Part shown: positions 1-8,187 of the stretch, piece after piece
Layout: each line of letters starts with the position of its first letter
How positions within the stretch are numbered: position 1 is the first letter of the stretch
Translations under genes and position numbers: made by a program
Assembly: GCA_964492595.1 (NCBI GenBank)
Contig: CAZBKY010000003.1
Span: 1 to 41,312, forward strand
From: an uncultured Muribaculaceae bacterium
GTDB taxonomy: Bacteria; Bacillota_I; Bacilli_A; RF39; UBA660
Length of the DNA: 41,312 bases
Direction of reading: 5' to 3'
Notes under the pieces: model-generated
What the model was told of the DNA's origin: nothing
What the model saw: only the letters and a program-made list of their open reading frames with translations
Database searches by the model: none

Positions 1-479
1 AAAAAACCGAACAGCAAGGAACCTCATACACAACAAGTTCATTAGATACATCAGGAATATACAATATGTGGAAACTGGTTACAGCTTCTGAAAATGCATC
101 AGGAAAATACACAGACGGAAACACATTGGTAACTTACATTTATGAAAAAGTAATGGGTAAATTAATTATTAATTACGTAGATGAAAATGGTAAAGAATTG
201 CTAGAAAGCAAAGTAACTTCACAGCAGGTTGGAACATCATACGAATCTAAGCCTGAAGATATAGATGAGTACATATTAAAATCTGTAGAAGGATCAGAAT
301 CTGGAAACTATATTGAAGGAGAAATTATAATCACTTATATATATGAATTAGCTGGTACTGGTGGAGATGAACCAACAGACACTGGAATTGAGAATTCCAT
401 CCTTCCGGAAGTTATGTATATAGTAAGTTCAATATCATTAATAGGAAGCCTTATAATAAAGAAAAAATTCAGCAATTAA
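1..479 (+). CDS. C-terminal part of a MucBP-repeat cell-surface protein (5' end outside window)
   Basis: The frame is open from nt 3. Two repeats of about 65 aa carry a MucBP-like signature (GTSYTTS...GNTLVTYIYEK; YVDENGKELL...GTSYESK...GEIIITYIYEL). They are followed by a Gly/Thr/Asp linker, a 16-aa hydrophobic segment and a KKKFSN tail. This is a sorting-signal-like architecture without a canonical LPXTG. Confidence 0.7.
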   Translation, partial: KTEQQGTSYTTSSLDTSGIYNMWKLVTASENASGKYTDGNTLVTYIYEKVMGKLIINYVDENGKELLESKVTSQQVGTSYESKPEDIDEYILKSVEGSESGNYIEGEIIITYIYELAGTGGDEPTDTGIENSILPEVMYIVSSISLIGSLIIKKKFSN

Positions 480-496
480 ACTGAATTTTTTTATAT

Positions 497-1234
497 TTAA
501 TTAAATTGTTTAGCTACTATTAATAATAGTTTATTTCTATTATTTCCAAATAAACATGTCTGAATAATTAATATATTATCATATTCATTTAAATCAATAT
601 CACTTTTATATATTGATTTTTCTTTCATTTTATTGATATGTTTTAGCCAGGAAGTATCATTATCATATTTATACTTATAATGTTCTGCATTATCACTTTT
701 TTTATCTAAATATATATAACTAATTATGTACTTATAAGTTTTATCTATTGTTTTAAGTTCTATAATATCATTATTCTTAGTATAATCATTGTTTAAATAA
801 TTTTCTAACTTTTTAAATGGTAAATCGTATCTTGTAGAGTTGTGTCCATATATATTAATCTGTTTATCTCCTATGCTAGTTCTATAATCTATAAATGGAG
901 CTCCACCTGGTATTTTTATTTTATTTAATCCATATTTCATATAGTATTTATTATCACTGCCCTGAACCAGCGGAATCTCTATAATGTCTGATATTTTTAA
1001 TATAGCAATTATGTCCGAGTTGTTAAATTCATTTTTAAAATTATTAATAAGTTCAAAGTTACTTAATTCTTCATTTACAACAGTTTTTATCACATTATTT
1101 TCTTCTTTTATATTATCTTCAATATTTTTCTTATATAAAATAAGTATAAATGAAGTAATAAAAAGTATTATAGATATAATAATTACAGCATCAATTAATT
1201 TAAATTTCTTCTTTTTCATGAGTTGATAATACAA
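497..1234 (-). CDS. srtB: Class B sortase
   Basis: 245 aa with an N-terminal TM anchor. SrtB-type landmarks recalled from S. aureus SrtB: PLVQGSDNKYYMKY, GAPFIDYR, INIYGHN (His), IIQTC (Cys), NNRNKLLLIVAK (Arg). Confidence 0.8.
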   Translation of the reverse strand: MYYQLMKKKKFKLIDAVIIISIILFITSFILILYKKNIEDNIKEENNVIKTVVNEELSNFELINNFKNEFNNSDIIAILKISDIIEIPLVQGSDNKYYMKYGLNKIKIPGGAPFIDYRTSIGDKQINIYGHNSTRYDLPFKKLENYLNNDYTKNNDIIELKTIDKTYKYIISYIYLDKKSDNAEHYKYKYDNDTSWLKHINKMKEKSIYKSDIDLNEYDNILIIQTCLFGNNRNKLLLIVAKQFN

Positions 1235-1321
1235 TTAAAATTATATTTTGTCAATAATTTGACTTAATAGCTTATTTTTGGTATAATAAACAGCATTAAT
1301 ATTTAGAAGTGGGGTGTTATC

Positions 1322-1987
1322 ATGGAAGAGGTTATTATGTTATTACTTAATTTATATATATTATCAACTTTATATACTAATACAATGGGTTTAATAATAA
1401 TAGCCAAATGTAAGCCTTTTGTTAAACAGATGATTGAGTCAAATGGATACATAGTGAAAGAAAAAGATGATACAGAGTTTGTTATTGATATAATGTTGAA
1501 TATATTAAAGTTTTTAGTTTTAGCTCTTTATTTATATGAAGCATTAAAATTTAATAGCAAAGATTTTAATGTGCAAAAAATAATTCAAGAAAAAGAGCGT
1601 AAAGGAGAAATAGAAAAAAATCCTTCACAATCTGCAATACTTGATGAAAGCATATTTAGAGATGAAAGAAAACCTATCTCATTATCCATGGGTAGATATG
1701 AAAAACCAACTTTTTATAAGGCTCATAGTGGAATGTATACAAAAGACAGATACCCTAATACAGATGATATTGACATGGACTTTTGGGAAGAAGAAATGGA
1801 CATATCTTCAGATTTAAAAGAAAAAGTCGAAATGCCAAATACTTATGTAAAATCCGATCCTTTAAACGAATACTTAGCTTCAATGAGTCCTGAAGACATA
1901 GAAGATATGCAAAGGAAATTATCAGAAATAGAAAAGATGAAAAAAGAACATACCAGATTATTAAATATAGATGATTCAAACAGATAA
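1322..1987 (+). CDS. Hypothetical membrane protein
   Basis: 221-aa ORF with N-terminal hydrophobic segments and an acidic/Lys-rich C-terminal half. SD-like GGGGTG lies upstream. No family recognised. Confidence 0.5.
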   Translation: MEEVIMLLLNLYILSTLYTNTMGLIIIAKCKPFVKQMIESNGYIVKEKDDTEFVIDIMLNILKFLVLALYLYEALKFNSKDFNVQKIIQEKERKGEIEKNPSQSAILDESIFRDERKPISLSMGRYEKPTFYKAHSGMYTKDRYPNTDDIDMDFWEEEMDISSDLKEKVEMPNTYVKSDPLNEYLASMSPEDIEDMQRKLSEIEKMKKEHTRLLNIDDSNR

Positions 1988-2018
1988 ATTATATAAACTG
2001 GATAATGATTTAAATTTA

Positions 2019-2047
2019 TTGATATTCATATAATATCGTGGTAAAAT
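2019..2047 (+). promoter_or_regulatory. Sigma-A-type promoter of the T-box/thrS operon
   Basis: TTGATA (2019-2024), 17-nt spacer, TAAAAT (2042-2047). Confidence 0.6.
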
Positions 2048-2053
2048 ATATTT

Positions 2054-2256
2054 GTAAATTGATGAAGAGGACAAGATTGTTAATAGTAATTTATAGAGAG
2101 TTAGTGGTAGGTGAAAACTAATAATGATATTAATGATTACTCCCTTGGAAAGAGGTTAATAGCCTACGGAAGTTAAGCCGTTATACTTAAATAAAGTTAA
2201 ATCTTAGGATGGTACCGTGTTTATAAGCACTCCTTTTGGAGTGTTTTTATTTATAT
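2054..2256 (+). promoter_or_regulatory. T-box riboswitch leader (Thr)
   Basis: Stem I AG-bulge AGAGAG (2095-2100) and a distal loop GGTAGGTGAAA. T-box element AGGATGGTACCGTG (2206-2219). Intrinsic terminator AAGCACTCC-TTTT-GGAGTGTTT plus a T-run (2225-2252), competing with an antiterminator formed with the T-box element. ACU codons at 2117-2119 and 2139-2141 are candidate specifiers. Confidence 0.85.
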
Positions 2257-2270
2257 AAAAGGAGAGTGTT

Positions 2271-2477
2271 ATGAAACAAAAAGAGTTAGATGATGCGATT
2301 AGTGAGGTTAGAACTGAAAAATTAATGCTAATTAAAACTAAAGCAAAACTCACGGATGACAGTAAAATAAAAGCTATTGAAAAAAGAATCGTAGCGGTTA
2401 ATAAAGAAATGAAAAATTTAAGAGATAAATTTAAAAAAGAAAAGGAGAAAGAAAATGAAAGAAATAAAAAACAATGA
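2271..2477 (+). CDS. Small Lys/Glu-rich coiled-coil-like protein, first cistron of the T-box operon
   Basis: 68 aa with a strong SD (AAGGAGAG) just upstream. It overlaps the thrS start by 23 nt in another frame. No family recognised. Confidence 0.5.
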   Translation: MKQKELDDAISEVRTEKLMLIKTKAKLTDDSKIKAIEKRIVAVNKEMKNLRDKFKKEKEKENERNKKQ

Positions 2478-4194
2478 AAAATTAAATATTTTAAATCATA
2501 GTTGTGCTCATTTAATGGCACAGGCGATTAAACATTTATATCCAGAAGCAAAATTTTGGGTAGGCCCTGTAATAGATGAAGGGTTTTATTATGATGTTGA
2601 TTTAAAGGGTATTTATATTACTGAAGAAGATTTACCATTAATAGAAAGGGAAATGAAAAAAATAAGTAAAGATGGTAAAAGAATAGTAAGAAGTGAACTC
2701 TCAAAAAAAGAAGCACTTGATATGTTTAAAGATGATGAATATAAATTAGATTTAATTAGTAATATGGAAGATGGCTCAGTAATAAGCTGTTACACTCAGG
2801 GAGATTTCACTGATTTATGTAGAGGGCCTCACACTGAAACTGTTAAAGAATTAAAATATTTTAAATTATTAAAAGTTAGTGGTGCATACTGGAAAGGCGA
2901 TGCTAAAAATAAAATGCTCCAAAGAATATATGGAATATGTTTTGATACAGAAGAGGATTTAAATATTCATTTGAATTTCTTGGAAGAAGCTAAAAAAAGA
3001 GATCATAGAAAATTGGGGCGCGAATTAGAATTGTTTATGATAAGTGAATATGGGCCAGGATTTCCTTTCTGGCTGCCGAATGGTATTATTTTAAGAAAAG
3101 AACTGGAAGACTTCTGGTATGAAGAACATAAAAAAGAAGGCTATAAATTTATTACTACTCCAATTATGCTTGGGAAAGAACTTTGGGAAGTAAGCGGTCA
3201 CTGGTTTAATTATAAAGATAATATGTATACTTCATCTATAGATGATAAGGAATTTGCCATTAAACCTATGAATTGTCCTGGTGGATTACTTGTGTATAAA
3301 AATAGTTTGCACTCTTATAAAGAATTCCCACTAAAAGTTGGGGAACTTGGTTTAGTACACAGACATGAGGCAAGCGGAGCATTGAGTGGTTTATTTAGAG
3401 TTAGAATGTTTACTCAAGATGATGCTCATATATATATGATAGATAGTCAAATTGAAAATGAAACTATAAATTTAATTAAATTTTTTGATAAAATTTATAA
3501 AACATTTAATTTAGAGTATTCTATTGAACTATCTACAAGACCTGAAGAAAAGTATATAGGTGAAGTTGAAGTTTGGGATAAATCAGAAGAAGCATTGGAA
3601 AATGCCTGTAAAAAGGCTAATATTAAATATAATTTAAATCCAGGAGATGGAGCATTTTATGGTCCAAAATTAGATTTTCATATAAAAGACTCACTTGGTA
3701 GAACATGGCAATGTGGAACAATTCAACTTGATATGAATCTTCCAGAAAGATTTGATTTGACTTATATTGACAGAAACGGTGAAAAAAAGAGACCTGTTAT
3801 GCTCCATAGAGCAATATTTGGCTCTATAGAAAGATTTATAGGCATACTGATTGAACATTATGTCGGAGCCTTCCCTTTATGGTTAAGTCCACTACAAGTG
3901 AATATAATACCTGTTAATAATGAGTATCACTTAGAATATTCAAGCTGTATAAAAAATGAATTATTACAACATAATGTTAGAGTAGAAGTGGATGAAAGAG
4001 ATGAAAAGCTTGGATATAAAATGAGAGAAAGTGTGCTAAAGAAAATTCCTTATACTCTGATTATAGGAGATAAGGAAAAGAACACTGATACTATAAGTTA
4101 TAGGATAAGGGGAAGTGAAGAAACATTAAATATTGGCTTAAAAGATTTTATTGAAAAGTTAAATAAGGAGATAATAGAAAAGACAATATTTTAA
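2455..4194 (+). CDS. thrS: Threonine--tRNA ligase lacking the N-terminal TGS domain
   Basis: 579 aa. It starts directly at the editing/SAD region (HSCAHLMAQAIKHLYPEAKFWVGPVIDEGFYYD). Class II catalytic core (FRVRMFTQDDAHIY, GAFYGPKLDF) and a C-terminal anticodon-binding domain are present. SD AAGGAGAAAG. Located downstream of a Thr T-box. Confidence 0.95.
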   Translation: MKEIKNNEKLNILNHSCAHLMAQAIKHLYPEAKFWVGPVIDEGFYYDVDLKGIYITEEDLPLIEREMKKISKDGKRIVRSELSKKEALDMFKDDEYKLDLISNMEDGSVISCYTQGDFTDLCRGPHTETVKELKYFKLLKVSGAYWKGDAKNKMLQRIYGICFDTEEDLNIHLNFLEEAKKRDHRKLGRELELFMISEYGPGFPFWLPNGIILRKELEDFWYEEHKKEGYKFITTPIMLGKELWEVSGHWFNYKDNMYTSSIDDKEFAIKPMNCPGGLLVYKNSLHSYKEFPLKVGELGLVHRHEASGALSGLFRVRMFTQDDAHIYMIDSQIENETINLIKFFDKIYKTFNLEYSIELSTRPEEKYIGEVEVWDKSEEALENACKKANIKYNLNPGDGAFYGPKLDFHIKDSLGRTWQCGTIQLDMNLPERFDLTYIDRNGEKKRPVMLHRAIFGSIERFIGILIEHYVGAFPLWLSPLQVNIIPVNNEYHLEYSSCIKNELLQHNVRVEVDERDEKLGYKMRESVLKKIPYTLIIGDKEKNTDTISYRIRGSEETLNIGLKDFIEKLNKEIIEKTIF

Positions 4195-4210
4195 AGGAGG
4201 ACCTAAAAAC

Positions 4211-4239
4211 TTGACAATATTCCTTAATTGTTGTATAAT
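4211..4239 (+). promoter_or_regulatory. Consensus sigma-A promoter
   Basis: TTGACA (4211-4216), 17 nt, TATAAT (4234-4239). Confidence 0.7.
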
Positions 4240-4271
4240 TATATCACTAATTTTAGAGGGGGTTTGTTAAG

Positions 4272-4697
4272 ATGAAAGGGAGATTTTTACTTGACTATCT
4301 TGATGAAAATTATTACAAAAAATTAGAGAGAAGTTTAAAGAAATATAACATGATGGCTTATAAGAAACTAGTATTTGATTTCTATCCAAAATTAAGAACT
4401 GGAGAGTTTGTTGGAGAATTAGTTTCTATAAATAAACATGAGCAAAAAGAAACATATGAATTAAAACTTCCTACAGATAATTTATTTGTAAAAGTATATG
4501 GAGAAGTAAAATTGAATTATACAGTTTATAGAAGTGAAAATACAGTTATGTTAAATTCATTAGAACCAAAAGATATTTTAATGGATGGGCACAAAACTGA
4601 GCTAACAGCATATAAAGGAATAATGATTTCTAAAGCTCATGCACAAAAAGAAATGTTCAAAATAGACTTGATAAGTAGATTAGAAGGAAGTAAATAA
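4272..4697 (+). CDS. Hypothetical protein
   Basis: 141-aa ORF with SD GAGGGGG, its own consensus promoter and a terminator. No family recognised. Confidence 0.6.
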   Translation: MKGRFLLDYLDENYYKKLERSLKKYNMMAYKKLVFDFYPKLRTGEFVGELVSINKHEQKETYELKLPTDNLFVKVYGEVKLNYTVYRSENTVMLNSLEPKDILMDGHKTELTAYKGIMISKAHAQKEMFKIDLISRLEGSK

Positions 4698-4713
4698 CTT
4701 TCTTCTTTTTTTT
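4683..4713 (+). terminator. Intrinsic terminator
   Basis: GAAGGAAG-TAAATAA-CTTTCTTC (one G-U pair) followed by T8. It overlaps the stop codon of the 141-aa ORF. Confidence 0.65.
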
Positions 4714-4726
4714 GTGAAAAAAATAA

Positions 4727-4755
4727 TTGAATTCTTTAAACAATTATGATATATT
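4727..4755 (+). promoter_or_regulatory. Promoter of the tRNA(CAU) gene
   Basis: TTGAAT, 17 nt, TATATT with a TG extended -10 (TGATATATT). It ends 12 nt before the tRNA 5' end. Confidence 0.6.
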
Positions 4756-4767
4756 ATATAAACGAAT

Positions 4768-4844
4768 GGACCTTTAGCTCAGTTGGTTAGAGCATCCGGC
4801 TCATAACCGGGCGGTCGTAGGTTCGAGTCCTACAAGGTCCACCA
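4768..4844 (+). tRNA. tRNA with CAT anticodon, probably tRNA-Ile2 (lysidine) rather than elongator Met
   Basis: 77-nt cloverleaf GGACCTT...AAGGTCCACCA with encoded CCA and anticodon loop CTCATAA. The acceptor stem has C4 and C5, and overall it resembles ileX-type tRNAs as I recall them. Confidence 0.9.
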
Positions 4845-4856
4845 CTGAAAATACTA

Positions 4857-4882
4857 AAGACTACAGGAATGTAGTTTTTTTC
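4857..4882 (+). terminator. Weak intrinsic terminator after the tRNA
   Basis: Stem AAAGACTAC / GTAGTTTT around loop AGGAAT, running into a T-run. Confidence 0.5.
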
Positions 4883-5135
4883 TTTAATATTAAATAGTCT
4901 ATTTTTAGTCTATAACATCTAAAAAACATAAAAATATAGTATAAAGATAAAACCATTACAAAATGCCTTAATTGTTTAAATGGTTTATAATGTATTATAG
5001 AATAAACAACTCTTGATTTAACCATTATTAAACCAAATTAAAGCACTATATAAATAAGTGCTTAATCTAATATATTTAAAACTATAGGATATAATAACAT
5101 ATAAAACGAAAAAATGTGGTATAATTAATTATAAC

Positions 5136-5180
5136 GAGTAGCTATTCAATGGCGTAAATCCTGTTGAATAGCTACTTTTT
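5136..5180 (+). promoter_or_regulatory. Terminator-like hairpin in the leader of the CarD-like gene
   Basis: 12-bp perfect stem GTAGCTATTCAA / TTGAATAGCTAC with a 14-nt loop, followed by T5. It is preceded by an extended -10 TGGTATAAT (5117-5125). A 20-nt palindrome TTTCAATTTTAAAATTGAAA (5190-5209) and the SD follow. Confidence 0.5.
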
Positions 5181-5225
5181 AAATAAAACTTTCAATTTTA
5201 AAATTGAAAATAGGAGGCAAATACT

Positions 5226-5708
5226 ATGTTTAAAGTAGGAAATCATGTAGTTTATAAAAAAGAAATTTGTAGAATAATTGAAATTAAAAAAAATAGGGCT
5301 AATAACAGTAATTATTATATATTAGTACCTATATCTAATGATTCCTTAAAAATAGAGGTACCTGTTGCTAATCTTTGGGGAAGTTTAAGACCGTTGATTA
5401 GTAAAAAAGAAATTGAAAAAATTATTAATGAAATTCCCAATATTGAAATATTAGTTATGGATGGTCATTTAATTGAAAAGGAATATAAATTATTAATTAA
5501 TTCTGGTAAACCAGAAGATTTTATAAAAATTATTAAAACAGCTTATTTTAAAGATAAAGAAAAAAGTAATAAAATAACAACAAGCAGAGATACTAATTAT
5601 TTTAATCTTGCAGAAAAATATTTATATGAAGAATTCTCAATTGTTTTGGGTATGAACTATGAAGATACTAAAAATTTTATTATAAAATGTATAGAGCAAA
5701 ATAAATAA
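5226..5708 (+). CDS. CarD/CdnL family RNA-polymerase-binding transcription factor
   Basis: 160 aa. N-terminal MFKVGNHVVYKK...IIEI...YYILVP...IEVPV matches the CarD_CdnL_TRCF (RID) domain pattern. A helical C-terminal domain follows. Confidence 0.7.
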   Translation: MFKVGNHVVYKKEICRIIEIKKNRANNSNYYILVPISNDSLKIEVPVANLWGSLRPLISKKEIEKIINEIPNIEILVMDGHLIEKEYKLLINSGKPEDFIKIIKTAYFKDKEKSNKITTSRDTNYFNLAEKYLYEEFSIVLGMNYEDTKNFIIKCIEQNK

Positions 5709-5725
5709 GTAGAAAGCAGAATATT

Positions 5726-5950
5726 ATGTCAAATTTATTACTTAATAATCATATTGATAAATTAAATGTTGATTGTGAAACTTTATTAATATTAAAAAAC
5801 AATCAAATTTATACAATAAAAGATTTATGGAAACTAAAAAAACGAGACTTGAAAAAGTTTAATTTAACTCATAATCAAATTAATCATATAATTATAAAAA
5901 TGCAATTATATGGAATTGATTTAAATAGACGGATATATAACAAAAATTAA
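5726..5950 (+). CDS. Stand-alone helix-hairpin-helix protein resembling the RNA polymerase alpha C-terminal domain
   Basis: 74 aa. LNVDCETLLILKNNQIYTIKDLWKLKKRDLKKFNLTHNQINHIIIKMQLYGIDL resembles the alpha-CTD pattern (LxLSVRSxNCLKxxxIxTVGDLxxxSExDLxKxxNFGKKSxxEIxxKLxxxGLxL). The match is divergent. Confidence 0.4.
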   Translation: MSNLLLNNHIDKLNVDCETLLILKNNQIYTIKDLWKLKKRDLKKFNLTHNQINHIIIKMQLYGIDLNRRIYNKN

Positions 5951-6030
5951 AAAATATAAATTATAGAACGTAATTATTTACAATCAATAATAAAAAGTAT
6001 AAAATTAAATAGTATTTATATGGAGGAAAT

Positions 6031-6846
6031 ATGAATTTTATTATTATAATCAAAACAATAATTTTTGGTGTAGTTCAAGGTATTACAGAATGGTTACCAA
6101 TCAGTAGTACAGGACATCTTATTATTTTAAACGACTTTTTAGATTTAAATATGTCTAAAAAATTTATGGATATGTTTATGGTGGTTATCCAGTTTGGATC
6201 AATATTAGCTGTTATATTATTATTTTTTAATAAGTTAAATCCTATCAAAAAAAATAAATTAGAAAGAAAAAATACTTTTTATTTATGGTTAAAAATCATA
6301 ATAGCATCAATTCCTGTTGGAATAATAGGGTTTTTATTTGATGATTATATAGATTCATTATTATATAATTCAATTGTTGTAGCTTTAGCACTTATCATAT
6401 ATGGAATTATATTTATAATTATTGAAAATAAAAAAAGAATGCCAAAAATCAATAATTTAGAAGATATAGGCTATAAAAAATCATTTAAAATAGGTTTATA
6501 CCAAATGTTAGCATTAATTCCTGGAACATCTAGGTCTGGCTCTACAATTATAGGATCCATGCTGCTTGGAACCTCGAGATATATTGCAGCAGAGTTTTCA
6601 TTTTTCCTTGCAATTCCAGCAATTGTTGGAGCTAGTGGATATAAGATATTAAAATATGGATTTAATTTCACATCTCAAGAGTGTATAATTCTTATAGTAG
6701 GAACTTTTACCGCATTTGTAGTATCTTTAATTGCCATTAAATTCCTATTGAATTATATTAAAAAATCTGATTTTAAAATATTTGGATATTACAGGATAGC
6801 TTTAGGAATAATTATATTAATATATATTGGATCAAAATTTTTATAA
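6031..6846 (+). CDS. uppP: Undecaprenyl-diphosphate phosphatase
   Basis: 271 aa, polytopic. BacA motifs VVQGITEWLPISSTGHL and PGTSRSGSTI. Confidence 0.95.
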   Translation: MNFIIIIKTIIFGVVQGITEWLPISSTGHLIILNDFLDLNMSKKFMDMFMVVIQFGSILAVILLFFNKLNPIKKNKLERKNTFYLWLKIIIASIPVGIIGFLFDDYIDSLLYNSIVVALALIIYGIIFIIIENKKRMPKINNLEDIGYKKSFKIGLYQMLALIPGTSRSGSTIIGSMLLGTSRYIAAEFSFFLAIPAIVGASGYKILKYGFNFTSQECIILIVGTFTAFVVSLIAIKFLLNYIKKSDFKIFGYYRIALGIIILIYIGSKFL

Positions 6847-7273
6847 ATTTATTTAATCCCCAAAAAAATAGTTTTGTAACTGATTGAGAAGAAAATGATG
6901 AAAAGTTAAGATTATTTATTTTAAATCGTTTCAAGAAAATTAAAATAATATAAAAAAATTTAATAAACTATATCTATATATCATACTCTCACATTTCCTT
7001 TGTTTTTTTAATTAGATATTTATAATTTTTATCCCAACAAAATTTTCTTTGTTGATTATTTAATATTTTTCAAAAAAAATACATAGGGTTTTTCACTAGT
7101 CAATACTTCATCGAATCCTGATGAATAATATCTTGTACTATAATATGTTATTTACAGATATTTAATTTATCTTGTATTGTTATTCTAATTTAAAAAGCTC
7201 CCTTCAGTTTGTGAAGTTGTATCTTTATTATACAACTCACATTCCAACTTTTGGAAGCCATTTCACTCATATC

Positions 7274-7358
7274 TGGTGCAGGTGAAGGGACTTGAACCCC
7301 CATGAGTTGCCTCGCTAGATCCTAAGTCTAGTGCGTCTGCCAGTTTCGCCACACCTGC
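7274..7358 (-). tRNA. tRNA-Leu (TAG anticodon)
   Basis: The reverse complement GCAGGTGTGGCGAAACTGGCAGACGCACTAGACTTAGGATCTAGCGAGGCAACTCATGGGGGTTCAAGTCCCTTCACCTGCACCA folds as a class II tRNA with a long variable arm. Anticodon loop CTTAGGA; CCA encoded. Confidence 0.9.
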
Positions 7359-7376
7359 AATAACAATGCATAACAA

Positions 7377-7405
7377 ATTATACACGTTACTTGTGAAATT
7401 TTCAA
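7377..7405 (-). promoter_or_regulatory. Consensus-like promoter of tRNA-Leu
   Basis: On the - strand: TTGAAA, 17 nt, TATAAT. It ends about 18 nt upstream of the tRNA 5' end. Confidence 0.7.
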
Positions 7406-7528
7406 GCATTTTGAATTAAAAAGTCAAAAAATATGACTGAAATTACCGAAATTTAATAAAATATTAAAATATTAAAGTTTTAAATTTTTATAAATATAAA
7501 AAAGAATAAATTATTTTTAAATGTCTGC

Positions 7529-7588
7529 TTGACATTTTTTATTTTGTTGATATATAATGTTTATAATTGAATTGTTAGAATACTAACA
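7529..7588 (+). promoter_or_regulatory. marR/ABC operon promoter plus palindromic operator candidate
   Basis: TTGACA (7529-7534), 18 nt, TATAAT (7553-7558). The inverted repeat TGTTAG-AATA-CTAACA (7573-7588) lies between the -10 and the SD, which is typical for MarR autoregulation. Confidence 0.6.
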
Positions 7589-7609
7589 TTATTAAAGGGG
7601 ATATTATTT

Positions 7610-8056
7610 ATGAATGGAGAATTAAAAGTTATAGTTGAAATGAAAAAAATATTTAATATGCTCAAAAGATATGCAGATAATAATATTGAACAATTGCATC
7701 ATAGTGATTTAACTCCAGTTCAAACGATTGTGTTGGGATATATTAGTGAAAATTCAAACAGAGATTTGTTTCAACGAGATATAGAAATGGCATTTAATAT
7801 TAGAAGATCAACAGTTACTAATATTATACAAACGATTGAAAGAAAAGGCTTTATTAAAAGAGAATCTGTTAAAAATGATGCAAGGTTAAAAAAAATAATA
7901 TTGACAGATAAATCAATTAAATTAAGTGAAACTTTTAAAAAAGTTATGGATTCATTAGAAGAAAAAATAAAAGAAGGTATTACAGAGGAAGAATTTAAAT
8001 CATTTTTTTATGTAATGGAAAAGATAATTAAAAATTTAGAAGACAATAATAAATAA
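7610..8056 (+). CDS. MarR family transcriptional regulator
   Basis: 148 aa. Winged-helix region LTPVQTIVLGYI...QRDIEMAFNIRRSTVTNIIQTIERKGFIKRE...DARLKKI. Confidence 0.85.
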   Translation: MNGELKVIVEMKKIFNMLKRYADNNIEQLHHSDLTPVQTIVLGYISENSNRDLFQRDIEMAFNIRRSTVTNIIQTIERKGFIKRESVKNDARLKKIILTDKSIKLSETFKKVMDSLEEKIKEGITEEEFKSFFYVMEKIIKNLEDNNK

Positions 8057-8187
8057 GTAAGTAAAAGTATATTATAATATGATAGCTGACATTTGATTGG
8101 GAAATAGAACTGAATCAAATATATTAATAACAAACCTAACAAATATAATTATTAATAATTTAGTTAACAAAATACTAGGAGAAAAAT

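Noticed and set aside
4198-4271. SD-like AAAGGAGGA right after the thrS stop, followed by a TTG-initiated 19-codon hydrophobic ORF (TIFLNCCIIISLILEGVC).
   Set aside because: The TTG is the -35 hexamer of a perfect promoter and the frame runs through the -10. This is most simply coincidence, with no independent support.
6847-7273. A 420-bp ORF-free AT-rich stretch downstream of tRNA-Leu, and a 360-bp one after tRNA(CAU) (4883..5114), considered as remnants of tRNA-targeted integrative elements. Several short hairpins are present (e.g. CAACAAA/TTTGTTG at ~7035-7055 and AGTTGTAT/ATACAACT at ~7216-7238).
   Set aside because: No direct repeat of either tRNA 3' end and no integrase fragment could be recognised. 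The hairpins are short, AT-rich and not followed by U-runs.
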